The translations under genes and the position numbers were made by a program. Below, in pieces: positions 28,374 through 40,968 of a stretch of DNA of 64,000 bases. Source of the stretch: the human T2T-CHM13v2.0 reference genome, Homo sapiens; the NCBI RefSeq assembly GCF_009914755.1, contig NC_060930.1; one strand, given 5' to 3'. The notes beneath the pieces are model-generated. The model saw only the letters and a program-made list of their open reading frames with translations. It searched no databases and was not told where the DNA came from. How positions within the stretch are numbered: the first letter of the stretch is position 1; each line of letters opens with the position of its first letter.

Positions 28374-28494
28374 GCCTAAGTCATCTGAAAATTATGTCTA
28401 TGTGATTTCTATAGTCTTTTTTTACCTGAAATAATGACCAACCATGAAGCTGACCCCATTCAATAAAGCAGGGACAAGGTAAAGAAGATAATAT

Positions 28495-28680
28495 TTCTCA
28501 AATGCCAGACCTCATGCTAAGGGCTTTACATATTTTACCTCATTTAATCCTCACAGCAACACTACTGGGTAGATGTTATTATCTTTGTGTTTAAGATGAG
28601 AAAGCTGAGAAGTTAATTAAAAAGTCATACAGTAAGAAAAAAGGTAGGCTGAGATCAGAGCTCCAACGTACCTGATTCAT
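28495..28680 (-). mobile_element. MIR SINE
   Basis: 'atgccagacctcatgctaagggctttacata...ctcatttaatcctcacagcaac...agatgagaaagctgag'. Confidence 0.8.
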
Positions 28681-30331
28681 TGTGTAATGTTTTGTTTATT
28701 TCATTTATTACCTATAAGGTCAGGCTCTATGAAGAACTAAATGTAACGAACAATAAGGATAGAGTGCTTCTAAAGGTGATGCTTGAAGTCTTAAAAGTAA
28801 ATTTCATTGCACATTGAATCCTTTTCTTGTGGAGAAACACTGCTATAAAAGTGAGTAGGAAAATACTAGTTACTTACAGATAATTGCCTTACACCTTGGT
28901 CATCAGAAACACATCTAATTGTATGTAGAGATCCACTTCTACCAGAAAACATACCAACAAATTCCAAAAGAAATTATCAAACTCCACAGAGATCAGGGAT
29001 TTGTGTGACAAGAAGGCTTTTCTAACAGTAATTCCTTGCTGATGTGTTAATCTACTTTGACAGAGTCAGTGCCTTGCAGATTGAGAGGAAACAATAAAGG
29101 ATATTTCCTGAAGTTGGCAAAGGCTTTTCAATTCAGTTTACACACTTGTAGGAAAGCAAACTTTTGATGTTATGTTGGTGAGTAAAAGCAAAATAACAAT
29201 CTATATATGTCATTTGAAGTGCAGGTTTGCTTCTGAGATGGATAAATGGGGGGAATTGTGACCTTGGGCAGTTTGTGATGAGAGAGAGCGGGGGTGGTAT
29301 CAGAGTTGATGCTAGAGCCATAGGAAACTAGGAATTGAAGGATGGTTGGTCCTTAAAGTTGTAAGGTTCATTGGAGGTCAGAAGGATAGACAGATCAGTT
29401 CTGTCTCTACAATTAGGGAGAGAGAACTCATAGCAAAGAACCAAGGGTATCTTGGGATCTGTAAAGCATCATTCCAAAAGAAGAAGCTTAAGTAGAGCAG
29501 CCACATATCTTTCCCCCTCTCTCTCTTCTGACCCACAGCCCACACCCGTACTGACACCACATTTGAGACCAAATATTGCCATACTCCCTCCTCTCACACG
29601 TCCCTGCAAGTCCCCACACAGCCTCCGCTCCGATGCCTTCAGTGTTAAGCAACTAAAAGCCTTGGGTGCCAGCTTATTCTATGCTTGGACAGCTCAATAT
29701 AACTGCTAGTTTTATTGAGTCACAAATCTTTCTGTAACATCCACTTATTTATCCCACTTCTGCAGTCTCAGTGGTGTTGTCTATATTATCCATATGCAAG
29801 TATTTGAAGATATCAGATAATTTTCTAGCTGCTTTGTATTATATTCACACATAGATGAGATCTAGTAAGAAGTGTCTATATAGGTGGATTCTGGGATGAG
29901 TTAGTTGCAACTTGACCTAAAATGCAGGCAGCCTCTTTTGCCTAAAATTCAAAATCAATATCTGGCACTAAAAGTTGGAATGTTTACCTCAAACATTGAC
30001 CCTTGAAAGCGTACCACTTTAAAGACTGTAATTCATCTGACATTGATGTTTGGTTGACAATTAATATGTTCACACATCTAGTAAACCTTTGGATTCCTCC
30101 CACATAATGCATGCAGTCTGATTTTTGTGACAAAAACAACTATTTATCATTCCAGCCTTTTCATCCAATACTTCGCCTTTTCATCTATTTCTATCATTCT
30201 TTCCAGACACTACTATACTATGATTGGTCACCTGAAAGTATTTTTTTACTTCACCAGGGGCAAACTTTAATGCAGAGTGCTTAAAAAGTCAGAGAGGAAA
30301 TAGATTAAACAGGGCTTAAATTCTCCTATAC

Positions 30332-30493
30332 CAGCAGTTCTAACCAGAAACATACTTCATTTTTTTGGGAGAAAGCTTTGTAAAAATACATATGCCTAGA
30401 CTACTATCCTAGGGAGTCTGGCCATGAGATGGTCTGTATTTAGAAAAAGCTGCCTGGGTAATTGTGATGTGCACTCTTGGTTGAGAACCATCG
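30332..30493. mobile_element. MER5-family DNA transposon (MER5B-like)
   Basis: Ends 'cagcagttctaacc' and 'ggttgagaaccatcg'; internal 'aaaatacatatgcctag', 'aaaagctgcctgggtaattgtgatgtgca'. Confidence 0.6.
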
Positions 30494-32825
30494 TCTAACG
30501 TTGGTCCTACCCTTTGTGGTCTCATTTAGCATTCTCCTTGACTAAACAATTTGGTTGGTTTCACTTTGTATCCATCATTCTTTGCCACGTAGAACCTACG
30601 ATCTGGTAGTGAGAGAGATTTCCAAAGAAGGTAATGTAGTAAGAGAAGAGTAGAGAGCTGAGGCCCAAACCAAGAATAGCACCCACATTTAAGACAGAAA
30701 AGCAGCTCGTGGCAAGAACAGTTTGCATGGAGTAGTTGGAGTGGAAGTAAGATCCCAGATGTCAAGAGCAGGCACTGGAGGCACAGAGGCAGCAGCATGA
30801 AGCAGGAAATTGACTCTGCTGTACCCCAGCTCAGGATGCCCACCTCTCCCTGCCCCATTCTCCTGATATCCACACCCTCACCCATCTTTTTTTTTTCCAT
30901 TTTAGCTATGTGCTACAGCCAGTTAGAAAAAGAAGGGAACAGATAAGTAGTATACCTGGATCACAGACCTTCTGTTATAACCACTCACCTCAAGTGCAAT
31001 GAGCTTCCCATTACAACAACCTCGGGCCACAGTATCGTGTAGGAGACAACTATACAGTCACAGGACACGACAAAGGGAAGAGTAAACAAGATATAAAAAA
31101 TAAAACTGTTGAGAAAAACTCCAAGGTACTAAGGCAGTAGTGATTGTAATTTGGTTCCAAATGTCAAGTACAGGTAGCTTAGATGTTTCAATACCTCTTT
31201 GCCCTTCTGAATGCTAAGTGATTGAACAGAAACCCCACAACAAATTTCTGGAACATATCTGGCCTAAAAACCTTGAAGCAAAGCTCAACACAACTTGAAA
31301 GCACTGGACTCATTGGGCAGGGGTTCCTGGTCCTTTGCTGGCTCCCTGCTGCATTCTTCAGATCACACACATTTTCTGGGAATTTGTTCAATGGCTTTAT
31401 TAGCTCTGTCTCTCAGATATAAATTCCTTGATATTTTATTCCAAACACCATCAAATATACAAGAATACATTCCCTACCCTTTCATATCTTTATTCACATA
31501 ACTGCCCGACACATATTTTTTAATCCAGAAATAATTAGTGTGGAGTCTGTGGGCATATGAGTATTTCAAGAGCTCTCTCAAGTTGATTAACTCACTCATC
31601 ATAAGGTAAGTTTATCTGCATAGATCTTTGAGATGCAATGTGCTTTTCCTCTCTGGAGACTCCTTTTGCACTCTTGAATATGTTGAAGTTTTCTTTGTTA
31701 TAATAGCCCTTGTTCTAATAAAGAGAAGCTACTCACTCATTGGCTCAGGAGACCCTTTATTCACAGTAGCCAGTATTGAACAGAAGATGCTTATTTGGCA
31801 GGAGCCCAATTTTAAAATAATAATAATAATAATAAAATCAAGTCATATTTCAGCTTCCAGATTGCAAAAGATTGATATGACTGAGTCATTATACTTGATT
31901 CTTGACTTTAAGATGTACAAATAAAGAAAAGGTCCTGGGCATGTCTAAAAAGAGAGGTTCTTAACCCAAGTCTTCATGATTTTAGACTATAATTTTGAGT
32001 CAAGCTTCCTGTATACGAAAAGACTGCCCTAGCCTTGTGTTATTCTTCAGGAAGGACTGCCCGGCTAGAAGGAAAAACCAGCTGCCACAATCCCACCCAT
32101 ATGTGAAGCTATGTCCCCATCACTTTCTTGTTCCCAGCCCATCAGAAGGTGGGTCTTTCCTCAATGGCTCATTTTCTCCAAGATTGTGGGGCTTACCTTT
32201 TGTTTCTTTACTCCTAAGAACTGCCGAAAGGAGGGTAGCCTAATTATTGTATCAGCTGCTTTGTCTTGGATGTGGAGAGGAAAGTTTATAATTCTAGAAC
32301 ATTCTTACAGTAAGTTCTTCGTGATCAGTACAGATTTGCCCATGAGCCACTTTAAAGCAATACATGCTGGAACAAAACAAATTCATCATGGTTTTAACTT
32401 TTAAAATCATAGTACCATTTTTGAAATTTTGAAATAGTTCTGGTAGAGATATTTATAAATAGGCATTTGCCAAATGTAGAAGGGTAGAGGGAAATTTCAA
32501 ACAGAAGAAACGATATATGCAGAGGTAAAAAGGAAGTAAAATCTTGCCATTAGTAAGAAATTAAAAGAAGTTTGAAATAGATGATGAAGTATCATAAAAT
32601 ATCTACCTCAGAGTTGTGAGGAAGAAGAAAGATAAGGCAAAGGTCAAATTATAAAACATATTTTTTCTACATTAAGGAGTTTGAATTTTACTCTGAAGTT
32701 TGTAAGATCTACAGAAAGATTTTACTCATGGGATGACGTGGTCAAACTTTGGATTCAGAAAGATTAATCTGGCAGCTGTGAGAAGAGTGAATAGAAGAGT
32801 ATCAGATTAGAGACAGAGAGAAAAC

Positions 32826-32990
32826 TGTGACTTTGGGGAAGTTAATCTCTTTGAGCATCAGTTTCCACATCTGTAAAGTGGAAAGTAATAAAAACCTAAA
32901 TAGTTTGTGCCATAGTGAAAAGTACATACACAGTATGATATGTCTGAGATTGGGAAGTACTCAATAAAAGACTGTCATGTATATTATAAG
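32826..32990 (+). mobile_element. MIR SINE
   Basis: 'ctgtgactttggggaagttaatctctttgagcatcagtttccacatctgtaaagtgg...aagtactcaataaa'. Confidence 0.7.
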
Positions 32991-35615
32991 CTACCTGGAC
33001 AGGGTCAGGGAAAAGAGTTGAGATGGGATTGGAGGGTAGCAGGAAATGAAATTGACTCACTCAAGAAACATTTCTTGAGCATCTACTTTGCATCAGGCAC
33101 AGTGTCAAACAATGAAACATACTTGTGGTCTAGTACATAAATCCTTCATGTGTTATACATACCTTGTATCCTAGCCAAAAGCTACTGACTGCAAAGGAAC
33201 ACGTACATTGCAAATAACCTATGATTAATGTTTCAGGAGATTTTTCCATTATATAGCTAAAGAAAAAACTCTTTGAAAATTATCCTTTCATTAATAGACA
33301 AATTTCTTAATCTTATATTATTTCTCAATCTTTTCTGTCATTGATTTCTTTACAACATTTATCCACATTATCTTACTCTTTTGTGAGTGAAAATCAAAGA
33401 TAAGCACATTCACAATGGAAGAACTTTGACATGCACAATACTATTTCTCACACTGATTTTGTAGCTAAACAATAAAAGTAAAATATGCTTTTTAGAGGAA
33501 AAAGTGCTCTCTATTTTATGTAGAAAGCTTAATACTATATTTTTATCTTTTCCTGATTCATAAAGCATATTTTGTGCCATAGACTTTACATACTTTTATA
33601 CTATAAAACTAAGTTAAGATAAACAACTAAAATCCAGAATTGAAGAAAAGGGTTTTACAATGTTGTATAGTGTTGTATTATTAAAATATACTTAATGAAA
33701 GCTAAGGTTGTATTTGAGTGAGACAAAATGAAATAAACCTACCAGGTTACTAAATATATATAAACTTTTCCTGAGGATATTTATAAATTCACAAAAGAAC
33801 AAAGGTATGTTACCTTTACTAACTTTTTAATGTCAGTTTTCAAACAAGGCAGTTGAATCTTTTTTGATTCTTGAATATCCTAAGGTTTACTTTTTTTGTC
33901 CAGAGAGATTTTCTATTTAATTAGACCTTAAGAATAAGCCTATCCACCCAAAATATTACCTAATTAATTTCCTCCAGTAAAGTGCAGTCATTGCTACCAA
34001 AATCAATCTATATAGCCTCACAGTTTTCATTCTTCAAATAATTTCCCTCTTGTTCCTCTTTTTTTCTGACAAAAGAATTCTTTTTAGAATATACATTTAA
34101 AAGAATTCTTTCTAGAGTATATTACTTTTTCCCCAGGGCTATCATTAGTTCATTTTCCAAAAACTCATAATGCTAAAGGGAATAATTTGGTAAAGAAAAA
34201 CCATATGACATCAAAACAGAAGTCAGTCCATCACTTTTCTAGACCAAGTATAGAAGATCTATTCTTGAGTAATAACTCACAACACATAATAGGCAATTTG
34301 AAATAATTACACTTATGGAATATCATTATTTATTAGACATTTATCAAAGGAGCAACAACACAATGGAACTAACAACAAGTGTTCATGCATTTTTCAGTGG
34401 CTTAAATCAGAACTTTAGACAAATAAAAAACTTTTTAAAAATAAGCCCCTTCTTGGAAAAAAAATGTGCAACCACTTTAAATCATCAAAAAGAGGGTAGA
34501 AATGATAAAGAGCATTTGAAGATATAATCTATGAGATAAGACCCCTTCTCCTCTGTGTAAGTGCCCCTCTTCACAACCTTAAAGAGGCTCCATTTTATTC
34601 TTATTCAAAAAATAAGAGAAAATATTTTTAATTTTTAAAAATATATTATTCATGTCTAGCATTCCTTACAAGAAGAATTTAGGAACACAAATCAATAATC
34701 TATAGGACTATATTGTTATTTTGAGTTGTAAAATTCACCAGTTTTTTCTAGGACTTGGATGCTATGCTTCCACTAATGAAATGAAATTCAAGGTAACTGG
34801 TTCAGAGAAAGCTGGTTATAAACATGATATAATGCTAAGAGTTGTCATTACTATTTGAATATGCAGACAGATATTTTTCCTCTTGCACTATCTTTATAAG
34901 CCTTTTATTTTATGTGTAGCTTACCATTATTGAAAATAGAGATACCAACTCTTCATAATATGTAGTAGAGAGCTGTGGTCATCTTAATTAACATACTTGT
35001 TTATAAGTAAAATTTAAAAAGCAGTAATTAAATTTGTCACAATTTAAATCCTGGGCTAGTTTTAATTTTTAGATTGAATAGTTTTTAACAAAAGCTCACA
35101 CTACAAGAAAAGTAAGATTTATAAATATATGAACCTGTTTGAGAACATATATTCTTAACTTCATTGTCTAGGAACAGTTTTATATGCAAAAATGTTTAGC
35201 CAAGTTTGAATTATAGAATGGTAAGAATATAATTTAGGAAGAAAAAAATCATGTAAAATGTCTGCAGATATGCAAAAATAATCCTATTTAGTCAGAAATA
35301 TCTGCACTGTAGCACCAGTTGTGCTACCAGCTAATCCCTTCCTTCTTTGAAAATGAGAAGGAACAGATATTTCAGTAGATAAAATGGCACACATACTAAA
35401 AGAAGCCTAAATTTATGGAACAACCTGTTCACTTCCTTGGGATTCTATCCAGAAGACACAGAATTGTTTTTAATAACTCTAAAATGGTAGCGTTTAGAAA
35501 GCTTAGTTTGAAGAAAAATAACAAAAGGAATGACTACAGTACACATATACCTATAGGCCTTTTGTTATTTTCCTCCAAACTAAGGAATATATTACACAAA
35601 AATATATATATATGT

Positions 35616-35987
<372 letters not shown>

Positions 35988-36095
35988 TTAAAGTCAGGAT
36001 AGAGCAGGGCAGGTAGGGAATAGAGCATTTTGATTTTCTAGGAGAAAAACAAAAGTTGTTAAGATTTTGTCTTTAAGTTATACCAGGATAACATA

Positions 36096-36558
36096 TTACA
36101 GCAAATGGAATGATGGCCCCCAAAAAGATATGTCCAATTCCTAATTCCTGGAACCTGTAAATGTAACCTTATTTGGAAAACAGAGTATTTGCAGATGTAA
36201 TTATGTTAAGGATTTTGAGATAAAGAGAACATTCTGGATTATCTGAGATAGGTTCTAAATTGAGGGACAAGTGTCCTTATAAGAAACACACAGAAGACAG
36301 ACACAGAGGAGAAAGCCATGTGAAGACAGAGTCAGAGGCTGAAGTGATGGGGCCACAAGCCAAGGAAAGCTGACAGCCACCAGTAGCTGGTGCCAAGAAA
36401 TAGCACCTTTCCTAGAGCGTTGGGAAGCAGCACAACCCTGCCAAAACCTACCTAGATGTTGGAATTCAGGTGTCCAGAATGGTGACAGAATAAATGTCTG
36501 TTGTTTTAAGCAATTAGTTTGTGATAATTTATTACAGTAGCCACAGGAAAAGAAGACA
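36096..36558 (+). mobile_element. MLT1C-like MaLR LTR
   Basis: 'gaatgatggcccccaaaaagatatgtcc...cctggaacctgtaaatgtaaccttatttggaaaa...gccacaagccaaggaa...gaataaatgtctgttgttttaagc...acagtagccacaggaaa'. Confidence 0.88.
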
Positions 36559-36727
36559 ATGTGTATATGCTGTGTGTGTCTGTGTTTATAACACATATAT
36601 GTATGTATGTACTCATGCACTAAGACACTGCTAGTACCCCTTCACATATACCATATCACATGAGATTCCATTAAATGGAGTTGAAAAATCTCTGGAATAT
36701 TATGTCTTAAAGTCAAGTTTAGTTTAT

Positions 36728-38345
36728 GCTATTTGTTGAATATAATTGACATGCCAAGTACTGTGCTAGGCCCTCTGGAAACAACAATAAGTCAGACACC
36801 ACCTGTACTCATGAAGCATCCCAGTGGAATATCGACAAGTGAACAAACATGGAATACACTAAGATAACTCTTTCTAGGTATGGATGCATGGGAGCCCGAA
36901 AAAGAACATACAGCTCAGTATCGGAGGGGGCAGGAACAGAGATCACAGGGAGTTTTCCAGAAAAACAAACACCTAAAGTTAGTAAAACCTGAAAGATGAG
37001 TTTGCATGGTAATGCTGGTACAATGGCATGCAAACTCATCTATTGTACCAGTGGTGGCACAATGACATGGAGCAAGGGTTTAGACGGCATAGGGGAAGAA
37101 CAGAGAAGGTTCAGGCTGAGAGAACAAAATATACATGAAACAAGTTCTGTGAGATAGCAGTGGGTGTGAAAGAGGCAAGGGATGAGACCAAGATGTAGGC
37201 AGAGAGCAGAGAATGATGAACCTTGTAAGTCATTCTAAGAAGTTTATACTCTATCATAAAGGCATTGGGTGTTATTGGAGGGTTTTAAGCACAAGAGACA
37301 TAAGGGGATTTTAAAAAATCATTAAAATCACTATCTATGGTGTTAACTAACATCAGAAAAAATTGGAGCCAGAGATACTTTTTATGAGACAACAGTGGCA
37401 GCCCAGGCAAGAGATAAGGATGCTCTGGATTAGAGGAGTGATACAGGGATGAACAGATAGGACATTTCCATGGAGTCATGAAGGGGGTAAAATAGAAAGG
37501 AATCGACACTTGGGTAAGTATGTATATGAGGAATAGAAGAGACATCTGGGTTTCTACCTTGAGCAGCTGAGGGGATGGTAGTATTATTTCTCAATTCTGG
37601 AAAGTGGGCTGAGGGGCATATCTTGGGGGAGGATATGATGAGCTCAGAGAAGGCGAGTAGGAGAGCCACCCCAGTGGAAGAAGAAAAGCAATTGGAAATG
37701 TTGGTTTGTAGCTCAAACCAGAGATACCTGGGTTAGAGACACAGATTTGTAAGTCATCAGCACATAGATGATTGCTGAAGCCATAGGAGTAACTGGGAAA
37801 TCCCAGAAAGAACAAGTGCAGTAAAAATTAGAAGGGACACAGATGGAACTTGCAGGAATACCACATTGTATAGATAGACAGAGAAAGAAGAACCCCCAAA
37901 GGTGACAGAATGAGTAGCCAAAGAAACAGGAGGAAAACCAGAAAAGTATAGTATCACAAAGACAGGCCAGATTTGAGACGGAGAGAACATCCTGAATTAT
38001 CTGGGATAGATTCTAAATTGAGTCCATGGCCAAAGGAAGGCCAGATTATGAAGACAGGAGTGTGCAGCTGTGTTAGATGCTCCAGATAGTACTGTAATAA
38101 CTCAGAATTTTCCAGAGCATTTATTGACCAGGAGATGATTGGTGGACTTGGTGAGATGTTCTAAATAGAGCAGAGGAGACAAAAGCCCAACTTCAGCAGG
38201 TTGAGTCATAGTGGGGTGGAAAAGTGAAGTGAGTAGCAGGTGTGGTCAACTCTGGTAAGTGATTTAGCTAGGAAGGGGAAAAAAAAGAGAAAATGGAGAA
38301 TCTGAACATTTGCTTTGTTTTTAAGATGGAAGAGGTCTGAGATGC
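36728..38345 (-). mobile_element. Long degenerate L2 LINE segment
   Basis: 'atttgttgaa...atgccaagtactgtgctagg', 'tattggagggttttaagc', 'gagacacagatttgtaagtcatcagcacatagatg', 'tggtcaactct'. Confidence 0.75.
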
Positions 38346-38409
38346 TAATAATCAGGGTCGTCTTTTAAAAAAATAAATCAATATACCTGGTATTCATATA
38401 GACTTTATA

Positions 38410-38570
38410 ATTTTAGAATCGTGGAAAGGAATCTTAAAGGTAAATTAAATTTCTGTCTACTACAGGCATCCTTCTCATAGAATCCCTGTTAGACGGTTGT
38501 CCAGACACTTTCTGTGATGGGGGCTCACTACTTCATAAGGGCCCTGATTGCATCACTAGACCACTGTGTC
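38410..38570. mobile_element. Possible L3/CR1 fragment
   Basis: 'gtgatgggggctcactacttcataaggg' resembles the CR1/L3 3' core. Confidence 0.4.
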
Positions 38571-39464
38571 ATTTAAAAAGCATCTTCTTAAAATGGCGCA
38601 AGCACGCCTTGTCATGATGTAAAGGACCCTTAGCTACAGTTCTGCCTTCTGGTACCATATGTGAATAGAACCATTGTGTGTCCTCAGTTCTTCCAATCTG
38701 AGCCCTCCCCACCATCCAGGGTGCTCCGTTCTGGGGGAATCTTCGTTTATGAATATCCATTTTAAAGATTAGTGCATCCAACTATATAATTAAAAGCAAC
38801 ATCTTAAATGTCACATTGTTAGTGCTGAAAACAGCAGGACTGTTACTGCCTATGATCTGAATTTCTGTTAACATAGCATGAGCCCATTGTCAAATAAACA
38901 GTTAAAAAAAAAAAAAAGCTGTACTTTGCCTCTGGTCCTGTCAAGCATGACAAAGTTCACTGACTACCACAAAGGAACACTAAGACTACTTAATGTGGAG
39001 AGATCTCTCTTGAGGGAGCTGATTGTTATCCTCACAGTGACCTGGTTATCAGCTTTTTCATAAATTCAGTAGCCATTCTGGCTTTTTATAGCATCCACAT
39101 CTGCTACTAAGAGGTCGACTGTGCCACGCAAATCTTGCTCTAAAGGACTATAGCATAATCTTGTCTTTGCTACTACTACCTGTGGCCATTGAGTAGAAGA
39201 CCAAGGGGTCACTTACCTTGTCATTTAAATACAATGCACAGGCTGTAAATAGCTTTCAATGTGCTTTTTATTAAGTATTTTATTGCCTTTTTATAGAAAT
39301 AAAATATAGGTTTTCAACGCAGCTACCTTCAAAGGATTTAAATGTTAATGCCTTTTAAGAGCCATTTTCCCAGGAATGCATCTGATGGTGTAACTGGAAC
39401 TGTCATAGTAGAACCTAAGTATTTCTCGTGGATCCCATATCTTTGATTGTTTTGATTTTACACT

Positions 39465-39870
39465 CCTTCATTCATTCAACAAATATGTAATGAGTGTCTC
39501 CATGTGCTGGGCATTGTGTTGGATACACAGGCTAGAGTAGTCAACAAAATCCACAAGATTCTTGTCTTCACAGGGTATAGCCCCATGGAGAAATGGATAC
39601 TGCCCAAGTCAGCATACATACACCATTGTATAATATTCAGGGGTTGGGATGCGTGTTGTGGCAAATGGGAATAGGGCATTCTGAAAAGTAAAACTAGGGC
39701 AGGGCAATGCCTAATTTGAAGAGTCAGAAAAGTGACATCAATCTGAGATCTAAAGGGTGAGTAGGTATTTCCCTTTTCTGTTTTTGTTTTTTTGTGTTTT
39801 CCAGAGAAAGAGTTGGGGAAGAACATCTCATGTAGAAAGAGCACAAAAACACTCTTTGAAAGTCCTGAGG
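39465..39870 (-). mobile_element. L2 3' end
   Basis: 'ttcattcattcaacaaatatgtaatgagtgtctccatgtgctgggcattgtgttgg...tgagatctaaagggtgagtagg'. Confidence 0.8.
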
Positions 39871-40441
39871 CTGTTTTCAATCTTAATTTTTCCCTAAGGC
39901 ATTACAGACGTCTAAGATATCTTGGTTTGATCTGTGCAAATGTAAGACATAGCTATAAATTAGATAGTGAATACATTTTACAGGTGTTAAAAATTGATTC
40001 TTTGGCATGCAAATAAACCCAGCCTCCTCAATCATATGTATGACAAGACAACAATTTCTGGAGGTGCTAGCTCTTTCAAGGATTAAAGCACTATATCAAT
40101 ATTTTGTATATGCTGAAAAACTGGCACAATTTTTTTCAAATTCAAGATTATTTTGTCAAACATGAAATGCTCTGAGTTATAGGTACTCTCTGGGTTAGAG
40201 TGTGGGAAATCCTTAAAGAGAACTTGTGATCAGACAAAACTGAGAGAGTAAGTGTCTCACCTGTATTTGCATTAATTGCATTTAAAAGCACTATTTTGTT
40301 TTCAATAATACCTGATGATGAACCTTCCAGAGAAGAGTGGAAGGCCCATTTCAGGAAAGATTCACTGATCAGACATGCTCTGATACAAGTCTGAGTATCT
40401 TGAGATCTGTCTTCAAGGCTCATGAATGTGAAATGATATCA

Positions 40442-40554
40442 CAGGGTGACCCCCTGTCTGGTTTGCCTGGGATTTTTTGTGGTTTTAGCATAAGAAGCTC
40501 TGTGTCCCAGGAAACTCTTCTGTCCCAGGCAAACTGGGATAGTTGGTCACCAGA
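40442..40554. mobile_element. MER81-like hAT-Blackjack MITE
   Basis: TIRs agggtgacc / ggtcacc; internal 'ggtttgcctggga...ggttttagca...gtcccaggcaaactggga'. Confidence 0.8.
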
Positions 40555-40561
40555 CTGCAAT

Positions 40562-40731
40562 AAGGATTGGCTTCCTGGGCAGCCTGTGCCGTCACAGGCT
40601 GCCCAGTTCTTAGAAGAGTCCCATGCTTGGTTTAGTGCTTTGCTATTGCTGTTTTAAGTATGTAAATGTTTGAACAAAGGGTCCTACATTTTCCCTTTTC
40701 TCTGGGCCCTATAATTTATGTAGCTGGTTCT
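40562..40731. mobile_element. MER91A-like hAT-Tip100 MITE
   Basis: 'gcttggtttagtgctttgct...tttgaacaaaggg...ctgggccctataatttatgtagctggttct'. Confidence 0.7.
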
Positions 40732-40741
40732 ATCTGGACTT

Positions 40742-40968
40742 AGCATTTATTGAGCTTTTACCATGTATCGGGCCCTGAACAAATGACCTTATATTAGTTC
40801 ATCTAATACCTAACTCTGAAAGGGAGTTATTATAATGTACTAGTTTTACACATGAAGAAACTGTTGAAGATGGTAAGCAATTTAACAAGATAGTTAACTG
40901 AAGGGAACATAAATTCAAATTAAGAACTGCCTGGCCCCAAGTCCCTCGAGCTTTCTGCTCTGCTGTGC
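40742..40968 (-). mobile_element. MIR SINE
   Basis: 'agcatttattgagcttttaccatgt...ttttacacatgaagaaactg'. Confidence 0.65.

Noticed and set aside
28038-28434. Locally CpG-richer segment and 107-aa ORF as a promoter or gene
   Set aside because: Explained by the MER1B transposon; too short and CpG-poor for an island.
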